Translations under genes and position numbers: made by a program | Part shown: positions 48,481 to 62,100 of the stretch, piece after piece | How the letters are laid out: each line of letters opens with the position of its first letter | Numbering within the stretch: the stretch's first letter is position 1 | Source: Mytilus trossulus | Lineage: Eukaryota | Direction of reading: 5' to 3' | Length of the DNA stretch: 64,000 bases | NCBI RefSeq assembly: GCF_036588685.1 | Contig: NC_086374.1 | Coordinates: 93,248,001-93,312,000 of the forward strand | The notes under the pieces: generated by a model | The model's input: only the letters and a program-made list of their open reading frames with translations | Database searches by the model: none | Told to the model about the DNA's origin: nothing

Positions 48481-51400
48481 CTCTAATTGGTTTCATTCTT
48501 TTTTCGCTTTTTTCGCTTTTTTTTTTTTTTTATCAAAAGTGAATTAATAAAGTTTTGAATTCTTGTAGTTAGTTTTAATTTAGTTTTATATCGTATTCGG
48601 TAATAATAAGTTTGTGTCTGGAACACAATGTATACTGATTTTGTTTACCAAATGGTTATATCAAAGGTGACCGTTACTCTTCCATTCCTGAAAATTATGA
48701 TCAAAAGAAAGAAAATTTTACTAATAACCAAAATAACCAAGATCAATTTATCATGCGTGAAGAAGGCTTTCTTATTATATTAAATTATAGCTTACAAGTA
48801 TCCGACTTAATCACTAAACTATTTAGTATCAGTTTCCATTGACACCTCTTACAACAAAGGGGGCGTGGCTGGGATACGTTAGGAGCACATGATTGTCATG
48901 AGGTTAATGATGATAGCTTATTAGATCCGGCAGTTCTAATAGTACCAGAACACTAATGACTAGTTATCTTCTAGAATCAAAAAGATGGACCACATTTATT
49001 GATATTACTAATTAAACTTTACACATTTATCAAAGGACGGAGAGACGAAATGGCATGGTCAGTGCGATGACCAATGGTCATTAATCGTAACATTTTAATA
49101 AATTGTTTTCTTTGTAAATTGGTATGACAAGCCTCTGGAGTCAGAGATTTACAATAACTTCTTTCTGTCGTCAGACAGTAAATATTTGGATTTCATCCTT
49201 AAGTCGTCCTTTCTATTATATATAAACAAACTGAAGAATATTGGTAATTTTCATAGACGTAAGCGATACTGTATTTAAAAGATTTGTCACAATTGTCTTT
49301 TCTGAAATACACAACCTATCTGTCTACAGAGGATGGACAGATGGTATCATCTTTCGTTTTGACTCGTCTGGTGGTTCACAAGGATATACATGTTTGTTTC
49401 ATCTTGATATTTCTGTCGCCTGGTTCATAACTTGTAATATTTATTATCCCACTAGCGAAGCGCTGTTCGTGTCATGACTTTGATACTATATATTTTATGT
49501 ATCTCTGTCACAGGAAGTGTTGCAAAGTGCATTAGATTGCGCTTAAGCATCCAAATAAAAACTGTTACATCTCTTCATTTGGTTTCAGTAATGTCGTATA
49601 ATAAAATTTCGTATCACTTGTAAAAGTATAATAGTCAGAATGTTTTACGTAACTTTAAAAAGTGTAAAGTATGAATAAAAGAGAGAGTGGTGCACATAAT
49701 CTCTGGTTATTCATAACGTTATACTAGTGCTCTGCATCTATAAAATAGTGACTTGTGTAGCTATTGCATGCACATGCTTTTTATGTTGTTGTTTGTTTTA
49801 TTTCTGGGGGTGACTTTGTGTTTTAATTTAAAAAAATCTTTTTGTCTTATTTCAATGCACTTTGGTACTATCATGGTTGTTATTTATGTGTGCTTACAAA
49901 GTTGTGTTGTTTACCTATTTGTTTAGATTGTTTCTTGTTTGCTTTACGTCTAAGGGAAATCATGAAATGAGCGTTCGGAGTAAAATCAAATTAATTAAAG
50001 ATCAAATCTGTAGGTTTTGCATTGTGGGTCGTTTGGAATAGAGGTTGGAGAAATATGACAAAACATTTCGGATTGTTTGTCCCTAGGTGTCTTTGACTTG
50101 AAATTTGTGCGTTATTTGTCCCTTTTTTATTTTTTATTTCACCGTCACTGTTGGGTATTCTGTAGCGGACGTCTTTGCGTACCAAATTATAACCGGGGTT
50201 TCTTTGATGAGATTTTGTAATAGGAGCAAAAATGTTTCCTAAGCAACAGGTCTTCTCGTGTTTTTTAAAAGGTTCTTTGACGCTGAAGAGAGCGTGACAC
50301 TCTCCTTCGAAAGACACCTGAATTATTGTTATCATTCCGACAGGACGTGACTGTGTATTTGTACATCCTGCATAGACAGGCACATAGCTCTCTTAATAGA
50401 AGACTTTTTAAAGGGAAAATCCAAGTGTCTATATCCAAGTCGGTCCTTGAAATATATATAAGAAAGAGTGTCATACAAACTATAAATTTAAAAGCAAAAG
50501 AAAACAAATCACATCATATATTTGATATATAAGTTCAAGGAGAAACAATCAACTGCTGCACTAGTGTAACTGCTACAAAACAAAATGTTTGCAATCATTC
50601 ATGACCCCCCCCCCCAAATAAAAGTATCGTTATAAGGATGTATTATTCTAGCATTCTTTAACTTTACATTCAATACTTCGTTTTCGCAACCTTTTGTACA
50701 TAAGAATAGTCAACATTCATTTCCTACTCAAATTCGCATACATAAGGGACATCTTTTTCATGCATAAAATTCAAAAAAAAAGAAGATTTGGTATGATCAG
50801 TGCCGATTAAAAAAGTTCAAACAATTATCCACCAATGTTTTTTTTCGATAATTATGATTTGTTGCTAAAATTCATCCAAAAACGAATTCAAGAAATTCAA
50901 TTTCAGTACCAAACTTTATAGACTGATGTCATTTGTCATTTGCAGACGAGTACATATCCGCGCTACAGTCGCAGGAATTAAAATTTGTTTCTGTTCCATA
51001 CTTTTAATGGTTGTCAGTTGGATTAGTCGACGTGTGTATTGCCCTATCATAGTAAAAGTGTTAGATTCGACACTTCCTAGAGCTTCTGGGCATGTCATCT
51101 TGTACAAATCTATAGCATGGGGTTCATTTTCCGATATATCAATTTTGTGTAATGATTCACCAATACCAATATGCTAATGTCCTGAATCTTTCAGATACAC
51201 ATTAGAACCGAATATATAAAAATCTTTTTCTAGGGAAAATTTAGAAGAACTTATAGGAATTCGAATGAAAAAAAATATTTTCAGAAACAAATTTGACGTC
51301 TTCCAAATAATTTATGTTGGATACATTTTTACAACAGAAAAACGAGTTCGAAAAATATTGCTAATTTTATTCCTTTATTTTATTTTTTTATCTTGTGATA

Positions 51401-53369
51401 ATAATTTATACTTATACATCCAATATATCATTTGAACGTATTAACTACGTACCAAATAATAGACTTTCAGTACGCGACCCGGCTTTTGAAAAGTTAGGCA
51501 ATTTCTAATATAAATCATTGAATTTCAACTTTGTCCGTTTTTGCATCCAATTAAAGAATTGTTGGCTCGGTATCTGTCTTAGTCTTTAGCTGCTTTTATA
51601 CTATTCGCCGAGAGAATATAATTCTAACAACATTTTAATAATTATTTATACTCAGAGGTTGATTTTGGAATGCATACCATCATAGTGTCTGCTGCCTTAA
51701 ACTTTTCAGCTGTAAATTTATTCCATCTTTGAAGAAAAATGTATTTCTTTACATTAAATTATTTTCGACACGAAAGCAACATTTTTTGTGATTGTTGTTA
51801 ACGTTTTACAGCAATTAGAATGTTTCCCAAAGCAAATGTTTATGTAGTTCCGTAAACTGACTGGTTACGGTTCGCTGCTTCCTCTAATAGCACCGTCACA
51901 GTGTGTGGAATTGCTGAAGGTTATTAATTTCGCGTGCCACTTTCCTTTATTTTTTCAGTAATTACATAGAAGAATTTTGGAAGAAAGAGTTCTAATGTTG
52001 TACGTTCTATAAAAAAAAACATATGACAAAAGATACACAGATAATTATTTATGCGTCTCAAAATCTGTATTAAGCATCTGCTTTGTTTACTCGGATTGTA
52101 CAAATCACTCATTTTCACTTTTTATTCAGTAGTTGCGAATAGAGAGCTTGTTTTATGTTTTCCAAAATAATGACAATCATTCTGACAGAGTTTAGAACAT
52201 GTAATATGTGCAACAAAACATGTGACTGACTAACATCTATCAATGAAAGACTGAAATAAAGGCCGATTGTTTGCACTATCAAGATAGTAAAAAGCAAACT
52301 AACCATGACGGAGAAACATATTAATCACAATGTCATAATTTGCAGACCATGTAGGGTTTTCAGGGTTTGAAAAATTTGGTCTGGATCCTTTTTTTTTCTT
52401 TTGCTTTTTTGATTGTTCAAGATCAACCAAACCAAGACTTAAAGAGTGTTATCTGCTGCTACTCTACTGAGCACGCAGCAAAGGACACATACTGTTCTTT
52501 TTTTTATGTTGGGGATTATTGAAGTTGTTAATTTAGAGCTATAAAACGCAGAATATAAAAATAAGATTCTTGCATATTTAGGGAGAAATCTTCGCAAATT
52601 ATGTTCATTGAAACTATAGTGCTAATTTATTCATATATATAGTCTTAACTATAAAGAACAAAAACAATGACTTTAAAACGCTTTATCTCTAACAGCTTTG
52701 AAATTATATAAGTATACATGATATTCCATACTGAAATAATCATTGCAATTGCTTCGGATAGTTGTATGTCAAACTTTTACAAAAAAATGTAATAACGATC
52801 CACTTACTTAATGTTTGGTAACGGCATTGTTTGTTTTGGTGTATTGAAAGCAATCGTTATAACATAAAACGTACCATCGCGTTACAGCGGAAGTATCAAG
52901 TTTAAATTATGGAAAATAATATTATTGCTAAATTATTTAAAGGTTTAAATTATCATACGCACTTGGAATATAGATCTACTTAATTGTTGGAATTTAAAAT
53001 AGTCTTAACAGAGGGAATTGCAAGAGTATATAACTAAAGTTACGTATCTAATTAAAGAAACATTGCGTGTGAAATATTAAGGTTAAACTAATCCATAAAC
53101 TAAAGTATTATTTTTCGTAAAGTGGTATTTTTTTTAAATATGCCTTCAATTGAGTAATACATGTCCATTACATTATCAAAAAAGTTATTAAAATCAAAAC
53201 TAACTATTTTTAACACTTAAAAAATATTTGACTTCTTGCATTTTAATAAATTCATTTAAAATATTTCAAGCAACCGTTCGTTAAAAATGCACATGAAAGT
53301 AAAATATTTTGTCTATTTTAGATAAACATTCAATATTGTCACGCCTCTAGCGTCCAAAATATGATAACG

Positions 53370-53440
53370 TCTATTGGACCATCGTTCAAATTGATAGCTA
53401 CGACAGTGTTTTCAAGCTCCGCCCACAAGATGTATAAGGA
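53370..53440 (+). promoter_or_regulatory. Putative engrailed core promoter
   Basis: Inverted CCAAT (ATTGG, 53373), GC box (CTCCGCCCA, 53417) and TATA-like TATAAG (53433), about 100 nt upstream of the ATG. Confidence 0.55.
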
Positions 53441-53535
53441 AGATGATATTATTGAGATAATTTGCTGTCATGTGAAGTGTAAAATGAAATGTTAGTTAAT
53501 TGCATGCAAATTAGGGAAATTGTTTAAAAATTATT

Positions 53536-54046
53536 ATGTTTTACCGCGAATTGGAAACTTCAGAAATGAACGGAGTATTGTTTAAACCAAGAGGAAACCG
53601 AAGGGATATACATGACTATTCAAATCAAGAAGACCTAAATAAGACAACAAACTTTTCAATTTCTGAAATTTTACGACCTGAATTTGGTCAAAGGAGGGCA
53701 GAACAAACAAGTTATCGAGAACCGTGCCAAGTAAAACAAGAAACATTTTCTGGATTAAATCATTATGTTAACACTCCGACACCATATCGCTCTTCGTTTT
53801 ACAATATTGATGACATATTCCGAAGATACAAAACATTTATGTGCTCAGCGTCCAAACATGACATCAATGAAACATCCGGGTCTTTAGAGAAATCGATTGT
53901 AAACGATATAAAGCCCTTTGAAGAGATCAAAACAAAATCGGATCCGGACGCCCTAGAAACATCGGATTCCGGACACAGTGATAGTGGAAATTCTGTCTGG
54001 CCAGCATGGGTTTATTGTACTAGGTATTCCGACCGACCATCAGCTG
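53536..54046 (+). CDS. en: Engrailed homeobox protein, exon 1
   Basis: EH1 motif TNFSISEILRPEFG and EH2 motif WPAWVYCTRYSDRPSA. Donor G|GTAAGA at the conserved engrailed intron position. Confidence 0.95.
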
Positions 54047-54071
54047 GTAAGAAGACGCAATTAATGTGATC

Positions 54072-54210
54072 TGTGTGTGTGTGTCTCTCTCTCTCTTTCT
54101 CCCCGGGCTCTCTCACTCCGATGATCTCTTTCCAAGACTCTCTCTCTCCTAGGCTCTCTCTCTCTCTCTCTTCGAGTCTCTCCCGGACGTTCTATCTTTG
54201 TCTCTATCTT
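54072..54210. repeat. (GT)n(CT)n microsatellite at the start of the engrailed intron
   Basis: Directly visible dinucleotide runs. Confidence 0.85.
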
Positions 54211-55611
54211 TCATTACATATTAGTACTGCATGAATATATCTATCTTAAAATTTTAATATATAAATGTCTGCTAGCTTTGGTTACAGTTTTTGTCACGCT
54301 ATTAAATTGCGTTCAATTAAGAGATTCGTCTTTGCGTTCAAATTTTGAAATTCATCTTCAACAAGTTATCAACTACAGTTTTTGTCTTTAACATTTTGAG
54401 GACTTTCAATTTTATAAATTATCATATTCATGAAGCAATCAACCAAAGATATTTGTTTCATTGCACAATCAATTTTTTCGAATTATGAATTCAATGCAAC
54501 TACATGACTTTAAATTGTTTTTTAAATGGTCTTTATTGGTAAAGACCATATATCAAACCAAAATTAAAAACATCCAAGAAGTGAAGCTTTGCCATGTCTT
54601 TCAGACTATATACATATATATTAATGAATGCTATTTGGCTCTTGGTATCCTTAGGTGCAAGCTTGTATACCTCTCAAAGACGTTATTATATTGAATCAAC
54701 GTTTTCAACAAGACTATTAACCTGGTACATCTATGAAATCTTTGAGATTACATTTATTAAACTCTGAATTTGACAGTGTAAATGAAACACACACACACAT
54801 GAGAAATACAGGATAACCTAGGGTATGCTTATCCTCTTTCATGAATAAGACACGTTTGTTTGGATAGTCATTGTCAATTTTAAAGCAAAAAGAAAAACTA
54901 ATTTCTCTACATATATAATTAAATTATATGCAGTATTAATTGAATTTTTGTTTACTGGAATTGCAAATAAGACAGGGACAACCAATACAATATTTGTATT
55001 TTGGAAGACCCATGTCTCAGACCCATGTTGTCTGAGGTCGTAGTAAAAATCAATAAACCGTAACTATGTTCGTGATTATAGTTGATTGATTATCAAATAT
55101 TTGACAGATTAGGCCAAATCTTGTCTGTCAGATATTAGTTCCTTACTTAATGGGGTTCTAATTTGAGAAATTTTGTTTGACGAATTGGCTTGCTGTGATA
55201 TCATAGGCATTTGATAAGCAAATTTATCACGTAAGCAATTACAGAAGCTTTCTTGTCCTATAATAAATTGTTCACTTGTTAAGATAAAGTGTTGACTTGT
55301 TAATTACTTGAAATTTATTATGTAGATACTAGGAGAAAGTGTTGATTAGTTAATTGTCGAACTGAAATACGCTGCAGCAATAAAATTAGACACAGGTGTC
55401 TGACTGCGAGAGTGACTAGTGACCTCACAGTGCTGTATATTTGAATTGAAAAGTGACCGACAAAAAAACCCGGATAAGTTCATATTGAAGAATATTTTAT
55501 TAATTATATTTTCTTTTGGGTCGTTACATTTATACATGCACCACACTTTGTTTTGTCAACATTATGTCTTATTTAATATATGATGATATAACACATGATT
55601 TCCATTTACAG

Positions 55612-55940
55612 GTCCAAGAACAAAAAAGGTACGACACAGAACCATCAAACCACCATCAGACGAAAAGAGACCTCGAACGGCGTTTACAAATGAGCAACTA
55701 CATAGACTGAAAAAAGAGTTCAACGAATGTCGATATTTAACAGAAAAACGTAGACGAACTTTGGCTGAAGATCTCAGTTTATCAGAATCGCAAATCAAAA
55801 TATGGTTTCAGAACAAAAGAGCAAAGGTTAAAAAGACATCAGAGGCCAAGAATACTCTCGCTTTGAATCTAATAGCAGAAGGACTCTATGATCATTCAAC
55901 AATACCTACCACAAAGTCAAATCCTACCGAGTGTGATTAA
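55612..55940 (+). CDS. en: Engrailed homeobox protein, exon 2
   Basis: TTACAG acceptor, then GPRTKK...[58 protein letters not shown]; EH5 motif [15 protein letters not shown]; TAA at 55938-55940. Confidence 0.96.
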
Positions 55941-56148
55941 ATCTTTGAATTGTATATTTATTTATATTTATTAAAAAATGAAAGTCAAGAGTTAGTTTAA
56001 ATGGTTGAGTGAGGTTGTATTAAAATATGCCTTTATAAAAGTATAACCCAAAAACATATGTAAACCAATTTTTCTTTGATAGCATTTTTGTAGATAATAT
56101 CATGGATAAATGTAAGTGGTAAAATTGCGAATTCAAAATATAAATTAA

Positions 56149-57201
56149 ATGCATGACTGCATGGTTTATGAAGTGGTTGTTGGTGTTATGCATGACTGCA
56201 TGGTTTATGAAGTGGTGGTTGGTGTTATGCATGACTGCATGGTTTATGAAGTGGTGGTTGGTGTAATGCATGACTGCATGGTTTATGAAGTGGTGGTTGG
56301 TGTTATGCATGCCTACATGATTTATGAAGTGGTGGTTGGTGTTATGCATGACTGCATGATTTATGAAGTGATGGTTGGTGTGATGCATGACTGCATGGTT
56401 TATGAAGTGGTGGTTGGTGTTATGCATGACTGCATGGTTTATGAAGTGGTGGTTGGTGTAATGCATGACTGCATGGTTTATGAAGTGGTGGTTGGTGTTA
56501 TGCATGCCTACATGATTTATGAAGTGGTGGTTGGTGTTATGCATGACTGCATGGTTTATGAAGTGGTGGTTGGTGTTATGCATGCCTACATGATTTATGA
56601 AGTGGTGGTTGGTGTTATGCATGACTGCATGGTTTATGAAGTGGTGGTTGGTGTAATGCATGACTGCATGGTTTATGAAGTGGTGGTTGGTGTTATTCAT
56701 GACTGCATGGTTTATGAAGTGGTGGTTGGTGTTATGCATGACTGCATGGTTTATGAAGTGGTGGTTGGTGTTATGCATGACTGCATGGTTTATGAAGTGG
56801 TGGTTGGTGTAATGCATGACTGCATGGTTTATGAAGTGGTGGTTGGTGTTATGCATGCCTACATGATTTATGAATTGGTGGTTGGTGTTATGCATGACTG
56901 CATGGTTTATGAAGTGGTGGTTGGTGTTATGCATGCCTACATGATTTATGAAGTGGTGGTTGGTGTTATGCATGACTGCATGGTTTATGAAGTGGTGGTT
57001 GGTGTAATGCATGACTGCATGGTTTATGAAGTGGTGGTTGGTGTTATTCATGACTGCATGGTTTATGAAGTGGTGGTTGGTGTTATGCATGACTGCATGG
57101 TTTATGAAGTGGTGGTTGGTGTTATGCATGACTGCATGGTTTATGAAGTGGTGGTTGGTGTTATGCATGACTGCATGATTTATGAAGTGGTGGTTGATGT
57201 T
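56149..57201. repeat. 39-bp minisatellite, 27 copies
   Basis: Unit ATGCATGACTGCATGGTTTATGAAGTGGTGGTTGGTGTT. Confidence 0.97.
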
Positions 57202-57469
57202 TAGTTTTTACTTTAATAGTGTTTCTGTTTCATTTTATTCATATTTTCACGAGATATGTTTCTTTCTGGTTTGTTGCATTCTCTTCTGGTCCTCTGCGTC
57301 GGTTCGTTAAGTTTTTAATTTTGGCTTTTGACTGTGGAAAGTATTTTATAAATACCTAGACTATATTTTGTATGATGACAGATGTAACCTGTTTACCTGT
57401 TTCATGAAATGAAATGGTGAATGGGTTAAAAAAAATTGCAAAATTGCGTAATTTGTCTAAAAAAATCAA

Positions 57470-58070
57470 CATTTAACAACTTACTGCATCTTATCCGCCG
57501 CCACTCCCGAATTTTCGATAACTGGAAGCGTCGCCTTTTACAATTACCGGTGTTGACATAGTGAAAGATGATCGTATCTTTATATGTATCCCATTTCAGT
57601 CCACGTATTCGACTAAAGTTTCTTTTTGAAATACATATGGTGTAGCTATATATAAATCTATAAGTTTTGAGCAATTTGAACTCCAAGAACAAAGGTTGAA
57701 TCCGGCCTCCGACATCAATGATCTAGCTTGTACAAAATAATTTGCGGCATCATGTTCATTTCCAAACTTGAAAAAATATTGACAATGTCTTCTTCATCAT
57801 TGCTGATGATATATGTGTGTTGCATGCATCCAAGTGTTTAAGCAGTGTTGCGTCTCGGATAAACGGTGAACTTGTTGCACTCAAATGGATTTAAATCGAT
57901 TTGTTGTAAGAATATTGCTGGGATTATCTTTGTCGGTCAAAAAAAAGAAAACGTGTAAATTCTCGATTATCCTATCTAATCCAATATGTAAAAAGCCTAT
58001 TCAATATCCGTGCTAATTGTGTACTTTTTGGTTCTTAATCTCATTAATATTTTAACATGTATGATATCGC
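57470..58070 (-). mobile_element. BEL/Pao retrotransposon RT remnant
   Basis: Manual translation across frameshifts: ILMRLRTKKYTISTDIE*AF; RFKSI..ATSSPFIRDATLLKHL; ARSLMSEAGFNLCSWSSN; GLKWDTYKDTI. Confidence 0.8.
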
Positions 58071-58239
58071 GCTAAATTCCCAACATCATTAGCTATAAAG
58101 TACAACTTTACAAACTAAGCACAAAACAACAGTTATAAAATTAATACTAGTGACAGCATTACGTGGGGATTATAGCTGTCGTATTCATGTTAATTGATTT
58201 AACCCAAATTCTCATTTGTAATTTATAATATATATATAT

Positions 58240-59150
58240 AATTGAGAAAGGAAATGGGCAATGTGTCAAAGCGACAACCACCCGACAATAAAGCAGACAA
58301 CAACAAAAGGCCACCAATGGTTTTTAAATGTAGCGAGAAACTCCCGCACACGTAGGTGTCCTTCAGCTGGTCCCTTTAAAATATGTATACTAGTACAGTG
58401 ATAATGGACGTCATACTTAACTCCGAATTATACACAAGAAACTAAAATAAAAATCATACAAGACTAACAAAGGCCAGAGGCTCCTGACTGGAATAATGGA
58501 TAATTAACGATAGGAAATGAAAAATCATCTCTTTTATCATGATCTTTTTGTATTAAGCTTCCTGTTAATGATATAGATACCAAGATCGAGGAAAGGGCAG
58601 TGGTCATTGTTAGTATTAGCTTTATTTAAAGTAAGTTTAACAGGATAAATTTCTTTAGCATACATACTGAAGTCGTCATTATTAAGAGCCAATATATCAT
58701 CCAAATATCTAAAAGTATTGTTAAATTTTTGTATCAAATGTTGTTTCGATGGGTCTTTGCTAATTTTAGTCATAAATTGTAACTCATAACAAAACAAAAA
58801 CAGGTCCGCAATAAGTGGTGCACAGTTAGTCCCCATTGGAATTCCAATAACTTGACGATATACGGAATCTCCAAAGCGAACAAAGATATTATCAAGTAAA
58901 AAATCAAGCGCATATATAATATCAAAGCATGTCCAATTGACATAGTTCTTTTTTTATTGCTACTAAAAAAATACCTAAAAGAGTTTGAACATATGTACTC
59001 GCATTCTGACTTTTTAAATGCCAATTTTAATTAGGGATGTGGATTTTTCTTAATAAGAATATAAGGCAAAGTGGTATATAGGGTAGAAAAATCAAAACTT
59101 TGAACAGAATCAAAATCACCAATATATGCATGCAATTTATCAAGTTCAAG
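58240..59150 (-). mobile_element. Penelope-like retroelement fragment (RT core plus 3' end) next to (TA)n
   Basis: SFDFSTLYTTLP; YRQVIGIPMGTNCAPLIADLFL; FRYLDD. The 3' terminus is shared with the copy at 63238 onward. Confidence 0.85.
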
Positions 59151-62100
59151 TATACTATGACAATATAAAATGACTGAACAAATAGTCAACGATCAATCTT
59201 ACAGGGCGATGGAATATTCTATGACAATAATATCCTAATTGCGAAAAGTTCTAAAGAACAATTAATAATGCATGGACTAGTTATAAAACACCAAAATTCA
59301 CGATCTGCAATCCTCGGAAAATTCGGAATCACGAGGAACAACTACACGAGATAGCAAAAAAGTGGGTAAGTTTAATCTGGATCCGGTTACCTTCCATTGG
59401 AATTGGATTAAGATTTTACTGATCATATTTTGTGGTCTAGTCTTATTGCTCGTCGAGATCCCTCTGTTGATTCCGGGTCGAGATACCCGGTATGCATATA
59501 TTATGCATCATCATTTGGTGCATATTTTAGACAAGACGCCATCTAATTATCTGTCGATATGACCTCCGAAAACTGCCGTAAGTTATATGACTCGATATGA
59601 TAAAAAAAAAAAAAAAAAAAAGACGAAGGAGGTTTTTTTCTGTTTGATTTGTAGTGCTAAGTTAAAAGTATGTGTGGACCATCTTGAATTTTTTTGGACC
59701 GGATCAGTCATCGAAAAAACAATATGTTGTTGATGCATACATTTACGTTTGAATGTTTAAAATAATCATGTGGTCATGCTCCTTCGTTTTTTTGTTTAAT
59801 AATCAATTTGGTACCTAGATAGTAGTGAAAAACGTCGAAAATAAATGTTTTACGGCTTGAAACACGATGACGTTACGATTATTTTGACGTTTTCTTTTTG
59901 TTCTCATATGGAACACCGCAGAGGGTTATTTGTCGATTTTATGTGCTTTCTACTAAAAAAAATGTATTTTGAAGAATCCAAAGTAATGTTAGATGATAAA
60001 AGGGATAAATGAAATTTGTTTTCGATTTTCAGTTATAGTACAAGGAGCAAGAGTTGACTCTTGTATGCTAAACGTTACCGAAACATGTGACATAACCTAT
60101 TTACTGTAACTCTCTGCTGTATCATGATCTAATGAAATAACATGCTGATAATATGCACAGTCTCCACTTAACCTCAAATTTAAGGTTTCATGAATATGGC
60201 TTCAAATAAGTCGAATTGACTTGCAAGTATAAAAAAGAAGATGTGGTATGATTGCCAATGAGACAACGGGGGTCCACAAGAGACCAAAATGACACAGACA
60301 TTAACAATTATAGGTCACCGTACGGCCTTCAACAATGAGCAAAGTCCACACCAAGGGATGTTTTTTATACTCATTTTGGTGAAATTGGACCAAACCGACT
60401 GCTTATGGCAAACTGTTATTCCGCTTATTCATTGGATAACCTTAACACATTACGTGGTAAGGATTACTAAATAAATGGTTGATGTCAGCAAAGTGAAATG
60501 CACGTGCTGTCATATGTGTCATTTCCGACGATAAAACAATTTATATATCCATATTTTTAGACTCATTTAACCTAATAAAGGCATCAATTAAAGGTTTCTT
60601 GTTGAGTTAACTACCATCAAATATTCAATTGATTCCAGCAAATATTAAAATGTGCTAAATAGTTATTACCGTACACTTCTGACAAAAATTTCTCATCAAT
60701 TACTTGATAATAATTTTACAAGGAAAGGAAAAGTACAATTTTCATAGATCTTATTCCATCGTAAAAATCCTTTTACTCTTTGTTATATGAATAACAATTA
60801 TTTGCAATTCATTATTATAAATATCTTTGTTTAGCCATGACAAAAAAAAACTTTATTAATATCTAACAAATCAATCTACGAATTTCAAATTCCTCTATGA
60901 TATTTTGATGTTTATTATTGTAATAAAATTGAAAAAAGAAGAAAATGGAAAGTAAAATTGTTGACGTGGGTTGTAAAGTCCGCTATTCGTTTTGGGTTTT
61001 TTGTCTGTCATTTACTGATGTTATTATTGATTCTTCTGTAAATGCGAAGTCATCCAAACTATTAACAATTTTATGGTTTTAAAATGATGCAAGGTTTCAG
61101 AAAGCACTAACCCATAAAAATAAAAGTGTTTGGGGAACCTAATTTTAATAATTTGTTCATTATTAATCAATTTCCATCTCATTTTTATTTCATTAAAATC
61201 ATTTACCATAGTTCACACAGATACAACTTGTTTGTTACCCGTTTAACGCTCAATCAATCTTTGCGGTAATTGTTCGGACCATTTTATATCCATTTAAATG
61301 GCGGACAATAGATGTCTGCTTCAATGCACGAATTGTGTATACAGGTTTTAAAATACAATATCAAAGATGAAGTGAACAATTTGAACAGACAGGTATATAT
61401 AAGTGTCGCATCCAATGTGTTTGTAACTTCTTTTCAGCTTTATGCGACATTCCGGACACGTGTGTTAAACCTTTTTCCGGAGCATCATCGAAGAGTTGAT
61501 TGCTCTATTACTGCGAAAATTACAACTTAATTAAATACTTGACTTTCCCAGGCTTTTTCATCTACTCCTTTGAAAACGGATCATATTTCCAATATATATT
61601 TATTAGAAAATGTTGTGGTTTACATATAAAGTTTATCATTTTTAGGACGGAATTTTTCGAATGAAAATTAAGATAAATATGAAAATTACACAGTATATGT
61701 CTCTGTTTCAATGTTACTTTTAGTACTTGTTTTAAGATTTTCATAAGATAGTCTACATCTCACAAGTTTGTCTCTGTCATTAGGACATTTATTGCCCTTT
61801 ATCACCTCTTAAAACTTTCATTGTATCCCATAACCTTACATAGAAATAGATAACATCAACGTTTTTCAGGACATAAAATATCAAAAATTAGAGGGGAAAA
61901 CTTAACAAAAATGTCGGTGTCTTTACCACAGCATCTCTCTGGGAGTATATATATTTAGTACTATTACTGTTTTATAAGCTTCACGAAGGACAATATGATG
62001 AATAGTTTTAAAACAAATGTCCGAACAAAGATGAAAAGATGAGGTATAACAAGTCTAATCGAATGCAAAAAGATTAAAATTATTTTAAGTCTGACCGAAA

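Noticed and set aside
49230-51250. Several 60-130-aa ORFs upstream of engrailed
   Set aside because: No recognisable motif or consistent splice pattern on either strand. Could be enhancers or decayed coding DNA; cannot be resolved without a search.
56020-57204. 382-aa His/Asn-rich and 351-aa Val-rich repeat ORFs on opposite strands
   Set aside because: They are by-products of a stop-free 39-bp minisatellite, with no unique domain, signal peptide or splice context.
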